Position numbers and translations under genes: made by a program
Part shown: positions 25,465-38,904 of the stretch, piece by piece
Numbering within the stretch: position 1 is the first letter of the stretch
How the letters are laid out: the number at the start of each line of letters is the position of its first letter
NCBI RefSeq assembly: GCF_003704095.1
Contig: NW_020847248.1
Location: 806,001 to 870,000, forward strand
Source: Pocillopora damicornis
Taxonomy: Eukaryota
Length of the DNA stretch: 64,000 nt
Direction of reading: 5' to 3'
The notes under the pieces: model-generated
The model's database searches: none
What the model saw: only the letters and a program-made list of their open reading frames with translations
Told to the model about the DNA's origin: nothing

Positions 25465-27583
25465 ATATCGATACAATTGAAATTCGTGCAGACGAGGTAG
25501 AAGGAAGTGGAGCGATTAAAGCACGATGGACGTATAACTACAGGGTAAAAAGCTTTGTTTTCTTTTAACCCTGCTCTAGATAATCTTGCTAAATAAGTTC
25601 TTTGAAGAAGAAGAGTCCCCCTCTTCATCATTTTATGTGAAATAGTCTTGCCATTTTATCAGAGGACTACGAAGATTCTGATTCGTATTTATCCTCTCAG
25701 GCTTTTTAAAAGTTTTACTCAATTATTTAAGAGAGTCTGGTGTAAGATTACGGACCTAAGCTGATAAGATGGTCGATTCTAATTATTTTTTTCGCTGGAT
25801 AATGTATTGAAATTGCCGGAGATGTTATATTTTTTAGGTAACTTCTAGTGGTCGGTGAATATTTTTAATGATGTATGCTGTTGGTAAGGATTCACAAGTG
25901 AGCACGTGAGGAGTGCAGACATAATTCAGCTCTGTCGTCCCTCGGAATTAACTTAATCTTTTCCCTTCGCTGTTTTATCAGGTGGTTATGGTTAAAGGAG
26001 ACACAGTACTGGACATGAGAGGACGTTGTAGCGCTGGACAGAAGGTTTGAATGGGAAGCATACACTAAGATAAGACCCCACGAGGCATTCGTCCTTCGAA
26101 CGGGCCTTAAAGATCTTAAATTGGACTCTTGCGAGCATAGGAACCTTGTTTTCTGTTTCGTTCTTTATTTTGTTTTGTTATTATAATTATTATTTTTTCT
26201 TTTGACGTGTGTTTGTATCATCGTTTTTACAATGATTTGCCTGGCACACTATCAATTGAGCTGCATAGGAGAATTGACGTAGTGACAAGCCACATAAGTC
26301 AGTGAAATTTTGATGTTCTTTGTCACTTTGAGATGCTTTTACTACCCTTCTCCTGACCTTCGAAACATAAATCGTAAAAGTGCAAATGGGAGGTGACTTT
26401 TGACTTTCTGAAGGACAAAAGATTGTGTATTGCTGGTACGGTATATTTAACTAGAGACTGTTTGGAAAATTTTCATTTAATTTCGTTTTTTCTTTTTACA
26501 AACCCTCTCTTTACTTTTCATCTGCTGATATATTGCTATTACAGGTTCTGGCATCGTTGATAATCAGATTAGCAGAAACATTCTGTCTGAACTGCGGTAT
26601 TTTAACTCTCGACGAGCCGACTACAAATGCGAACCAATTAGCAGCGTAAGTTTCTTTGATAATACTGCTCAGCTTACTGCTGTGAACTGAGTTATCTGTT
26701 GCTGTTTATACGTCAGATGTTTGCAGATTTTTTACGATTTGTATCGCCTTATCAAGTTTTTGATCAGCCACCCACAGTTGTCTTTAGACAGTTCTCGGGT
26801 CATCCTAGTTTGCTTTCAAAAATTTAAAAAAAGACAGTTTCTTTTCATCCAGATGGGCCATTTATTTTGTTTGGAGGTGGTACGTTTGATAGTTGTCTTC
26901 GTTCGTAGGCCGTTATTTTCACGAGAGTTAGAATCGGAAAAGTGGGTAAATTTGTGTGGGGAAGAAAAACGAAAACAAATTTTATCATCGAAGAGGCACT
27001 GTTGTAAGGTTCTACAGGACCCACTTAATATCTTGTTTTTCTTATTAACAAATTTTCCTTGTTAGTCAGTGTGTTAGGCTTACTAATATAGTTACCCATT
27101 GTTGCCTGGTTCTCATCAAATTTTTTTCCTTTTTTTTTTTTTTCCTTTTGGCTCTCTGACTTTTTAAAACAGATTTTAACCATATGACGCGTTCGTGGTT
27201 AGAGAAAATTTATTTAGTTCTTTATGTTGAATCTTAACCCTCACTGCGTCAAAGTATGACATTCTTCATGTTAGATTTGTGTTTCATCGCCAGAAAAGTC
27301 GAATCGACTCGCACAGTTGAACCGTTTTAACAGCAATGGTTGAATATGAAGACAGAGCCTTTTCAACTTTTAAAACTATAGACATCACTAAGACGCACTA
27401 AGGAGTAAATCTCTTTAACTCTTTAATTTATTGCCAAAGCTTCTGCTGAAGCTTATTTCCTGACGCTAAATTTGAAATTGTCGGGTCGGGCTTCTAACGT
27501 GCTTTTCTCTATTTTGCAAGGGTTTCTCGAAGATAGTGAAACAGAGTGTGGCTGCTCTGCACTGGGAGGAATCTTTCCAGTAG
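25465..27583 (+). pseudogene. RAD50 3'-end duplicate (inverted copy of ~47868-50356)
   Basis: Exon copies [69 protein letters not shown] and [14 protein letters not shown]-loop deleted, H-loop exon missing, no 5' part. Confidence 0.9.
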
Positions 27584-28454
27584 ATTTCTTGTATTAAAAG
27601 GAAATTACATGTCAAGGCTCTTCACTGACGATAACTTGATGTTTTGCGTTAATATTGTACAATATTTAAAGATAACTGAAAGTTGATATTATAAGACTTC
27701 AAAGGAACATCGTGTAGAGTTTGATTTCCGTGTTATTAAGATTGCTGTTGTTTATCAAGATTCAATTATTTTCTGATAAAAACCATTCAGCGGTGAGATA
27801 GGAAAGCTGTATTTCCTTTCATTCAAATGCGAATTTGACGACAATTTGCAGGTTCTTACTCGAACACTGTCACTGTAACAAAGCCAAGCTGAAGGATTCA
27901 AATACTCCTCGAGTAAGTTATTGTCATCGTCTACAAACTCAATGCGAAATTTCATTATTCATGGAGCATTCGTCTCATCGCCTTCTCGAACGCCCTCCAT
28001 GTAATATAATAAACGAATTATATTCTTTTGTGAGTGCATCGAAAAATTTAGTTTTGCGGTACTGCTAACTTTTGCTCTTCGACAGGTATCATGACCGTGT
28101 GGTCTAGGGCACTGGTTTAGGCACCAATCTCTTCTGAGGCTTGGGTTCAACTCTTATCGCTGCCACCACTCAACTCACTGGTTAAACCTGAGTGAAACTC
28201 AATAGGATACGTTTTGACGTGATGACATTGCTTTAGTGTTTTGACACGAGATGGGGTTTTATAATAAAACATAAAAAATTGCAAATTATGACCGTAAAGT
28301 AAACAGGAAATCAAAGAGAAAGTAAGGTGCAAGTATATTTATTTCATTACAAGTGGTAAGAAAAAGGGAAGAAACTTGAATTCTACTATTGATATGTATT
28401 TTCTAAAAGGAATCTGAAAACTGCAATAGGATCTTTCGCAAGCCACCTTCATAT

Positions 28455-31400
28455 GTTGCATCCAACATCAAATTGTTTCGAAGCTTGAAGCAAAAGATCA
28501 GCCGATTCCAATTCGTCTACGATTATTTGATGGGAACGGGCTTATCCTTGCACACACAATGGTGATTTCCGAAGCGCTATTACCCTTAGAAGTCAAAATG
28601 GAAGGATCAGCGCCTAACGAGAGAAATGTCTTCAGTACAAGCTGATTGCCACCTTGAGCAGCTCTATGTAACGCTGTGTATCCCTCTGCATCACGACACT
28701 CGTCTATGACACGGAATCCTAAGGGAGGGGCCTTTATCGCTTTCATAACGAGAAAAAGTAAAGTTATCACAGGTGTGGTATTCCAGAAGATTTTCTGACG
28801 GGCCTGTCGGCTTTCTGAATGCCAGCAGGTGGAATTCGGACGTGTTAAATGGCTTCCCACAGTCGATGTGAATGGGTGCATCAAATCGTTCCAAGATTAC
28901 GTCCAGCCACTTGCCACCACTCTGAAGGTGAGTTAACAGTGGTGTTCGACCTTGCGCATCTTTACAGCTTAGCCTAAAGCCCTTCGAAGGTATAAGGTAA
29001 GCAATTACTAGCTTGTGCACTTCAAAGGCGTGGCGCAATATATGTGTTTTTTCTTCGTCGCACGTCTGGGTTAAGTTAACCTCTCTTGAGAGGAGAATCC
29101 TAACTATTGAATCGTGATACCTTTGGTTTACGGCCAGAATTATGTCTAAATCATCGATGTTGTCGCACCAGCTACACTCGCGCACTTCGGTAGAAAACGC
29201 CGTAGCAAAGTCTAGAGGGGTTTTCCCTTGAAGGTCATATAAATCTGCTTTTGCGCGTTTTTCCAGTAGCCGTATGACACAACACTCCTCTCCATTTTTT
29301 GCTGCGAGATGCAAGGCTGTTCTTCCATTTATATCCATCGCATTTATGTACGAATTATTTGATGATTCTATAATATCTGTAAGCTTTGAACACTGAAAGT
29401 TTAACGGCAAAGTCCTATAAATGACATCAGAATCACGTGTCACCGTAATATCACCCTTTGACCCCAGAACTGTGGTAAACAACGAACCGTTCGCGATCAC
29501 TCTTCGAAATAATACAATTGAATCGGTTTCATATGCATTTATGACAGTATAATGCAGAGGCGTCATTCCGTTTTCATCAGTTTCATAGATGTTCGCACCC
29601 ATGTCTAACAGAGGTTTGATGTCCCGGTTGATTTTACAAATGGCGCTGCTATGAAGCGGTGTAGAGAGGTTTTTACTTTTCATGTTAAGATGAAGAGAAG
29701 TTCGTTGAGAGATGAGCCATCTAATTAAATCGTAATGCCCATGACATGCAGCAATGTGAAGAACCGTGGCCCCTTGGCAATCCTTATCGTCACACTTTGC
29801 ACCATACCGCAAAAGCAGGGACGCGACCTCAATATAACCGTATCTTGCTGCAAGTAGAAAGGGTGTGGTGCCACAATGGCACAGATCCCTTTCGTATTCT
29901 TCTAGCTCTCTTTTGTTTAAAAATGTTCTCAGCTGATTACACTTCTCTGAGTTGTTGCAAACAGAGGATAAATTTTGAAAGCGCATACATTTTTGAGAAA
30001 CTCTTGCACCACTTCTTATAAGAAGCTCTGATATTTCCACATGATTTTGTCTTATCGCTTCATGCAGAGGAGTTCGGCCTGTGAAGTCCTTGCAATGGAT
30101 TGTATTATCTTCCACAGAAAGTAGTAATTTAACAACCTCTGTATGTTTTTCGGCGACTGCTAAATGAAGTGCACTTTGGCATTTGATTCTGTAATCATCG
30201 TCTGCCAAAATGTACCCATGTGAGTCGTTGAAGTTATAACTAGGCCCTGCCTGATATCGGACTTTGTTTCCAAGCCAGTAAAATATACCATCACATGGCA
30301 TGCAGGTGTCCAGTATACCGATCTTCATGAGGAATTTAACAACGTCTGTATGGCCGGCGTGAGCTGCATATTGAAGACAAAGATGGTCTGCATTTGACCC
30401 ACTATAGTACAAAAGCTGAACAACATCTAAATGTCCATTTTGTGCTGCGAGCTGGATGGCTGTCAAGTTAACACCATTTACTTCTCGAAACGAAGCGTTC
30501 CTTTTCAGAAGAGCTCGTATTACGGCTGTATGACCTCCCGATGCAGCTGCGTGTACCATGGTGGAGTTCCAAAGGGTGGTTTTGGCTCGTTCAATAGGAT
30601 CAGTTGCAAGTACAGAGCTATCCATTAGAGAGTAGAGCGAAGGTGGTGGCTTTGTTCGGTGTTCAATGTTAGCTCCCTTGTTGATGAGAAATTCAACGTT
30701 TTCTTTGAGACCGCTCTTTGCTGCAACAAAGCCAGGAGTAAAGCCGTAGTTGTCCTCACAGTCAACGCTATCAAACGCTGGAACAAGTAACTCAAGAATT
30801 TTTCTATTGCTATTTTCTGCAGCTAGATGGAGAAGTGTCCTGTTCTCGCCGTCAATAGAGGCATTTATGTAAGAAGCTTTGATATTGCCAAACTCTTCTA
30901 GAAAATTTTCGTCACCCTCTCCAAAAGTAACGTGTTGAGCTAAACGGTAGATGTCCATAGAAGAGTTCTGGGTCTTTTTTACAACACTTAAATAATATTC
31001 CGCTAAGCGTCTATGACCACGTTTCAGACTTACATAGTATGGGTTTCCAAGGTTTTCATTGCTAGTGAGCCACTCTGTAAAGGAAAGGTGGAAAATAGTG
31101 ATGGTGTTGTCTGCGCCATATCTGATAAAATGTGAAAGATCTTTAAGCGCGTAAACAAATTCATATTCATAGTCGATGTTTTCCTGCGTTCTTAAAACTC
31201 GATACAAATCATCAACCGGCATCGGTTCAAATGCAGCCACCATGATCTCTAGAATAGCTAAAGCGGGCTTGAATTTCTCTCTGGAACCATAAATCCTTTT
31301 CAAGTACCTCTCGTAAATCCCACCAATTGTTTTTGGGATATGTCCGAAGTCATTATTCCTATCTTCTTTCCAAAAATGGAACATTTCTTTTACGTAAAGA

Positions 31401-31991
31401 AAATTTCCTTGGCTCTGGCTTAATAACCTGCTCGTCAGGAAAGAAATCTCTTCACCGCTACTAGAACCTAACATAGCTTTCAATCTTTCGAGAATAGAAG
31501 CGTCTTCGAATAGTTTAGCGGTGATAAAGACTTCGATGTCTTGTAAGTTTCGTGCATCTTTGGAAGACAAATACACTTTGCGAAAATGACTGAAGTGTTT
31601 TAATACATTTGAGTCATTGCGAGAAGTCATTACAAGCTTGATCCATTTTGGCAGCTTACTGGACGTTTCTCTGATAAACTGAACCACTGAAGTCCCTCCA
31701 CTGTCTGACGAGCATTCGTCTAAGGCATCTATGATAATGAAATAGGTTTGAGGTTCACCTTTTAACTGCAAAAGTGGCGCCATCACGGCTTGTTCGAAGC
31801 ATTCAAGCGGATCTCCTGAACAACTCTTAAGAACTGAAAGGATTAATAAGCTGTTAGAGACCAACATTCCATATTCTGGAACTCTTCTGGCCATCAAGTC
31901 GACTAAATTGCGAACAAATCGACCGGGGTCCTGAGTGGCTTTGTCTGCGTGCTTACATAAATGGTAACCAATGATTCTTTTGTGAATAAAA
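28455..31991 (-). pseudogene. C-terminally truncated paralog of the NACHT-ankyrin gene (pseudogene or truncated variant)
   Basis: Open for ~3.2 kb and highly similar to 41852-45100. A net -14 nt frameshift lies at ~28750-28760, and a ~1.6 kb deletion at ~28455 removes the C-terminus. The 5' part is lost in the gap at 31992-32091. Confidence 0.8.
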
Positions 31992-32225
31992 NNNNNNNNN
32001 NNNNNNNNNNNNNNNNNNNNNNNNNNNNNNNNNNNNNNNNNNNNNNNNNNNNNNNNNNNNNNNNNNNNNNNNNNNNNNNNNNNNNNNNNNNATGAATCGA
32101 CAATCCCCGAATAACAATCATGAAGTGCGTTGGCGCTAACTCCTAAGATGGAAAAATGCGTTGAAACATGATTACAAAAACCACAATGTTTGTAATTTTC
32201 AATTAACAAAATTCTCATTTATTAA

Positions 32226-32452
32226 CTTTGTCTTTACCGACAGAAGAAGTCTTTCATGTAAACGGCCAAAATCGGCAAGTGGCAAATCTTCCAGTCGTCG
32301 ATTTTCATTCTCAGCCGGGAGAAATGCTAACACCAAAGCCACTGAATACCTTCCGGTTTTTCTCCTAGTATTTTGGTTTTCTCCCTCTTCTAGGAATGTT
32401 TGAACCTCACTGTCTGTCAGCGATACAGATTTTTTAGTGTTTTAGCCGCCAT
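32226..32452 (-). mobile_element. Probable Crypton/DUF3504 (KIAA1958/QRICH1-like) N-terminal remnant
   Basis: Frameshifted reading SVSLTDSEVQTFLEEGENQNTRRKT...VLAFL...ENRRLEDLP.ADFGRLHERLLLSVKTK resembles the N-termini of DUF3504 tyrosine-recombinase-derived proteins (recognised from memory). Confidence 0.5.
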
Positions 32453-33030
32453 AATTCGAGAAAGCTCTGACAAACAACTTGCACAGAGAATCTTGAAGGC
32501 TTTGCCATTCATTCATCAACCTGACTGAGTGGCGCCAAAGGCAAGTGACGTGTCAGCAGCTGATTGGCTATATCAACACACGCGAAAAAATACAATATTT
32601 TTTCACGTGTGTTACGGCTTTTCTTAGGGCCGGAAATCCCTGTAGCACTGCAGTTTATATGATAGAACTTTGTTTATTTATCTCGTTGTAGTGCTGTTGT
32701 CACATTGACATTGCTACTGTTGTTACTTTTAGTTTCTTGAGTGCAGGGGGGAATTGATGGCTCGTGGGATGTTTTTTCGGAAACTTAGGTTAGAATTATA
32801 CATGGCCCCTTCGAGCTTGTGTTTATGCCTGAGGTTTCGCACCTTTCACGCAGCAGGATATCTTTCATTTCAGGAAAGGGCTTGACTTTATCACAAATTA
32901 TGTATTTCTGATAACAAAATACGATGGAAACTACAACTGGTAGGATTTTCATTCAATAAGAAAAGCGCAAATGTAGTCATGTGCAAAGACAAGGAGTATT
33001 AGTACATCTCAAGCGCTTGAAATAAACAAC

Positions 33031-36000
33031 ATTATAATAAAGTTCGGATATAACGCGCACTGTCATTGGTTGAAAGAGTGTGCTGTATGAGAGTACAGGA
33101 CATAGAGCTGAACCAGACGTTAACATTATAACATACTTTACAAGTGAAGAATACATTGTCGAGTTTAAATTAAGGAAATTCCGCTAAATTTTGTATGGCT
33201 GTTTCCTTCACACTAGTCGATCTTAAGTTTCTTGTTCAGCAGAGTTTTAGCTTATCACTGTAGCTGCTAAGACCTACACTTGCAAAGGTAAATGAAACTT
33301 ATGAAAAGTATCGCCTCTATAATGCCCTTCTCATAGTGCTACTGGTTAGAAAGATCCCCAAGATGAAATTTCTATTTTCTTGTACCTCTAGCCGGTAGGA
33401 TCTTAGGAGGCGTAAATAATACTACCAGCTAGAGGTACAGCTTGCATATTTGGTCAACTTTGCTCAGCTATTACTACGGTTTACTTTTTCTGCACTCCAA
33501 ATTAGTCTAACAGTCCTTTGAATCACTTTTTTCAAGAATACGTATATATTCATTTATTTTTATTTGGTCTTGTACCTCTAGCTATGGCTAGAGGTACAGC
33601 TTGCATACTTAGTGGACTTTGCCCAATTTTTATTATGGTTTGCTCCATATTTTACTTTTCTGCACTCCAAAATGTTGTCTTACATTCTTTGGAATCACTT
33701 TTTACAAGAGTACGTTTATACTTATATTTTTTATTTGGTCTTGTACCTCTAGCTGGTAAGATTTTGAGAGGCTTAATAAAGACTACCAGCTAGAGGTACA
33801 GCTTGCATATTTAATTGACTTTGCTCAATTTTTATTACAGTTTGCTTTGAATTTTGCCTTTTGGCATTCCATTTTGGTCTAACACTACGTTAGAATCACT
33901 TTTTTAATGAATATCTTCGTTTCTTGGTCGTGTACCTCTAGCTGGTAGGATCTTAGGTGGCGTAGAAAATACTACAGGCTAGAGGTACTTCATGCATTTA
34001 TGGTGAATTTAACTCATTTCATTTACTTCTTGATTTATAGAAAAACCTTTCAACATTCCATGTTAGGCTTTTTCTGTTGTGGAGTCACTCTATAGGTATA
34101 TTTTCATGCTTTGCAGTCCTGTTCATCTGGCTAGTAGTATGTTAGATTACTCAGAAAACACTACCAGCCAGAGGGGCAGCTTATGTATGTGACGTAAGCT
34201 TGAAATCATTAACATTGTTATGTTTTAAATGTATTTCAAGTAAATAAGTTTTAAACCAGCATGGTTTGTATTTTCTTTGTTCGTGGATTTATTTCAAAAC
34301 AAACATAACCAGTTTTAGCTGAATTTGAATCGAAATTCATTTTAGACTTCAGTGGACTTGCCAACCAGATCTACTGCAGTTCGTCATGTAAAACTCTGCC
34401 TAAGTATGAAAGGAATTTCTTAGAAAGGAACAGTTTCTATTTTCATGATATTTGTGTTTGATTGGAAGTATTGTTGACAAGGCCAACCATTGCCTGAAAT
34501 ACTAAAATCAAGTCATCTTTAGGTAGTCATAGGATAACATGATTTTAATTCACCAAGTTGAAATTTTCCCTTTGTATTTTCAATGATATTTAACAGCTAG
34601 TATGCAAGTTATTCTTGAAAATATAGAGAGGTCATCAACATCTACAGAAATTATACAATTAAATAANNNNNNNNNNNNNNNNNNNNNNNNNNNNNNNNNN
34701 NNNNNNNNNNNNNNNNNNNNNNNNNNNNNNNNNNNNNNNNNNNNNNNNNNNNNNNNNNNNNNNNNNTAACCTCTAGCTAGTAGGATCTTAGACTTAGGGT
34801 TAAGTACAGCTTGCATATTTAATTAACTTTGCCCAATTTTTATTACAGTCTGCTTTGCATTTTACTTTTTGGCATTCCATTTTTATCTTATACTACATTG
34901 GAATCATTTTTTCCAAGAATTTATTCTTGTTCCTCAGTCATGTAACTACCTCTGTTTATTTGATAGCACAGCATAAAAGTTTGGAGCATCGAATGACACT
35001 TTCTGGGGAATCAGCTGAAACTAAAGCAGGCATTATTTGGCAATAAGCAAAGGGTTTCTGGTTGTTGTTCAAATAAGAAAGGTTTGATTTCTTTTTAATA
35101 ATAGCAACTTTTATAAAAAAATAAAATAAATAACACAGGCACAGGTTAATCTCATTTATATAATTGTATAATTTCTGTAGAAGTATATAACTTATATTTT
35201 CAAGAATAACTTATGTACTAGCTGTTAAATATCATTGAAAATACAAAAGGAAAATGTCAATTTGGTGAATTTAAATAATGTTATCCTATGACTACCTAAA
35301 GATGACTTGATTTTGACTAATCAAACACAAATATCATGAAAATAGAGGCTGTTTTTTATTAAGAAATTCCACTCATACTTAGGCAAAGCATTACTTCAGT
35401 AAATCTGTTCGACATGTCCACTGAAGTTTAAAATGAATTTCAATTCAAATTCATCTAAAACTGGTTATAATCGTCTTGAAATAAATCCACAACCAAAGAA
35501 ACTACAAATCAGGCTGGTTTAAAATTTATTAACTTAAAATATATTTAAAACATAACAATGTTAATGATTTCAAGCTTATGTCACATACTTAAGCTGCTAC
35601 TCTGGCTGGTAGTGATTTCTGAGTAATCTACCATCTTACTAACCAGATGAACAGGACTGCAAAGCATGAAAATATACTATGGAGTGACTCCACAACAGTA
35701 TAAGACTAACATTGAAAGTAGAAAGGTTTTTTCCATAAATCAAGAAGTACATGAATGAGCTAAATTGACCATAAATGCACAAAGAACCTCTAGCCTGTAG
35801 TATTTTCTAAGCCACAGGTCCTACCCGCTAGAGGTACACGACCAAGAAACAAGATATTCATGAAAAAAGAGTGATTCTAATGTCGTGTTAGACTAAATGG
35901 AATGCCAAAAAGTGAAATTCAAAGCAAACTTTAATAAAAATTGGGCAAAGTTGATTAAATATGCAAGCTGTACCTCTAGCTGGTAGTCTTTACTAAGCCT

Positions 36001-37190
36001 CTCAAAATCCTACCAGCTAGAGGTACAAGACCAAATGAAAAATATAAACGCAAATGTACTCTTGTAAAAAGTAATTCCAAAGAGTGTAAGAGTACAACTT
36101 GGAGTGCAGAAAAGTAAAATGTGGAGCAAACCATAACAAAAATTGGGCAAAGTCCACTAAGTATGCAAGCTGTACCTCTAGCCAGTAGTGTTTTATAGGC
36201 CCCTTCAGATCCTTCCAGCCAGAGGGACAAGACCAAATAAAAATAAATAAATATATACTTATTCTTGAAAAAAGTGATTCAAAGGACTGTTAGACTAATT
36301 TGGAGTGCAGAAAAAGTAAAATGTGAAGCAAAGCGTAATAACAATTGGGCAAAGTTGACCAAATATGCAAGCTGTACCTCTAGCTGGTAGTACTTTCTAC
36401 TTCTCTTAAGATCCTACTGGCTAGAGGTACAAGACAGTAGAAATTTCATTTTGGGGATCTTTCTAACTAGTAGCACTATGCGAAGGGCATTATAGTGGCG
36501 ATACTATTCATAAGTTTCGTGTACCTTCGCAAGTGCAGGTCCTAGCAGCTACAGTGTTAAGCTATAAAACTCTGCTGAACAAGAAACTTAAGATCGACAA
36601 GCATTAAGGAAACAGCCATACAAAATTTAGCGTAATTTCCTTGATTTAAACTTAAACAATGTATTCTTCACATGTAAAGCATGTTATAATGTTCATGTCT
36701 GGTTCAGTCACGTTGCTTGACAGTTGGTCAAGCAACGTGTGATTAGTACGAGTTTGAACAGTTATGTCAGTTTGGCTATATTTGTCATCATTCCTGTTTT
36801 GTTCTGTTTTGTTTTTGAACACAAAAGTTATACACCACACAAGTGCTGGCTGCGTTTCATTTTTATTACCAAACATAGGCTTGCAATCTAGCTGAGTGTA
36901 AAAGCCTTCAAAACTCGGACTGGCCATTTTCGTTTACTCTCTGAGGATTTTCGTCTCTGCTCACGTTATAATAACGTCAATTACGGCGCCTGGCATGTTT
37001 ACAAACCTTTGTTGGGTTCTTCTGTTCCTATTTGCCGACTTGCCTGTTCTGAAAAAAACTAGGTAGAAGTCCCGAAGAAAGTCGGATATAGTACACCTGA
37101 ATTTTGCAGATGGCGTGACAGCTTTAGCTCTGCACAATATTCTCGTACAGCACGCTCTTTCAACCAATGACAGCGCGCGTTATCGTCGCC
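33031..37190. mobile_element. Foldback-like element: long inverted arms (~33047-34666 vs ~35150-37184) with ~190 bp hairpin-bearing subrepeats
   Basis: Arms are reverse complements over ~1.5 kb. The recurring stem GTACCTCTAGCTGGTAG...CTACCAGCTAGAGGTAC occurs at ~33381, 33571, 33742, 33931 and mirrored at ~35790, 35970, 36170, 36372. No transposase ORF. Confidence 0.75.
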
Positions 37191-38904
37191 GAAATCTTCC
37201 TTTGACGCACGCGGTTCTCCTTCGTAGGGCTGAACCGTACGCGCAACTTCCATTTCTTCTTTACTACTTAGGTACGATGTATCAAAACTCTCAGTAGAGC
37301 CTGCTGAAGGTAGTAATGTATAAGTTATACATCGCTATCGGACATTATTTCAAGAGTATTTCAACGCTGACTGATACAAAATTACAAGAGATGGTCAGAG
37401 ATGTGAGAGATTGAGAGTTTTCACAGGTTTCTACGTCATCGCCCGCTAATTATCAGTCCACGGGAAACTTTTCAGGCAAAATAAGAGCACTTTATGGCCC
37501 GAAAAAACTGAGTTTTAAGTTTTTTGAAATCTTTCTTCTATCGGAATTGGTTTGTACATATAATAAGCTAAATATTGACGCAAAAAAAATTTTGTGTCAT
37601 AGGCACTTTAAGTTTCAGTTACAACCTAAGAACTAAAATTTCAACTAGTTGCTCTTCTGTTTCTGGAAGCGAAGTATGCTCTTGAAATAATATATTCCTT
37701 ATCGTTGCCATTGTAAATAAATACAAAATTATGACAATGTACGTGTTTTGAGATTCCGAAACCTAATCCTTCCGAAAATTGTCTTCAGTTTACCTCAAAC
37801 ATCGAATCGTGCTTCGCAACCTAGCCGTTTAGCAATGGCTTGTGTTTAGTGACCTTTAGTCTTATCTTATATGGACGAAATCGTTGGAAATCAGACGGGA
37901 ACGTCCACATTCGGACGGAAGCGTCGGAAATCACAGACATTGGCTAGGATATTTAAACATAGCTACGCTACTCATGCAAGAGTGAAAGTTTTTGGATCTA
38001 TGGGGTGAGGTGGGACATTTAATGTTTTCTTTTTTGTAAAATAAAAGAAGCCTTAGCTTTCAAATTATTCCATCGTAATAAACTTATTACTTTTCATAAA
38101 TCGAGGCAAAGCAAAAGAGCCCCTCTGCTATCTTAAAAAGCCTCAGACAAAAGTTATTTTTTGGGGTTTTTTAACAATAATATGTAAAATAGACAGCACA
38201 TTGTCAGGCTTTCTGCTGTTCCTCCGTCAGGTACAGTTATTTGCCTTGAAAATATCAATTCACATAATTTTAGAGGTAAAGTAAAACTTCAACACCACAA
38301 AATACTCAATAAACGCTGACCAAAGATACTGTGCGGTCTCTCTCCTCCAATATGAATCAACATGAAATGCACTGAACAAAGAGAAAATGATCATATTTTG
38401 AAAAGCTTCCAGCTCAAAGCGAATTTGATTCGTAGAAAACGTCAAGTCATGTAACAAACAATAGCGAAAGTTCTTCGTACAAAAAAATTTGTTGTCCTCT
38501 GCGTCAGTAAAACACCGATAGGTTTTCCAAGTGGGGCGACTGGAAAATTCTCGAGGATCAATTTCAATTTATTTTAACTCATCTCAAGATTTGTAATATT
38601 TTGAACTAGTACATGCTGTTTCGCGTGAATTAAAATGTGACGACTTTAAAAAATCATTCATATAAAGCGATAGATTGATAAATCTGCTTCTCTTTCTACA
38701 TCCTTCACAACTTCCCACCTACTGGCATCCAGCCAAGAGATACACTCAACCGTTACATCTGCATGAAGGGATCGCCTTTTCAAAGTAGGGCAGGTATGGT
38801 TGAGAAGGGTTCTCCATACGTTTATTATCTCTTCCCATTTTAAAGTAAATCTCCTTGCTGTTGCAGATTGTCATATTCACCAGACTGGAAACCGTTCATG
38901 AGCA

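Noticed and set aside
32092-32218. N-terminus of the 1175 aa ORF (MRILLIENYKH...)
   Set aside because: Artefact of reading through a 100-N gap into unrelated repeat sequence.
33370-34200. Palindromic repeats at regular spacing resembling a CRISPR array
   Set aside because: Eukaryotic context, the ~150 bp spacers are homologous to each other, and there are no cas genes; these are tandem subrepeats of the foldback-like element.
38510-38560. NF-kB-like GGAAAATTCT / GGTTTTCC motifs upstream of the HEPN-NACHT gene
   Set aside because: Imperfect matches expected by chance in AT-rich DNA.
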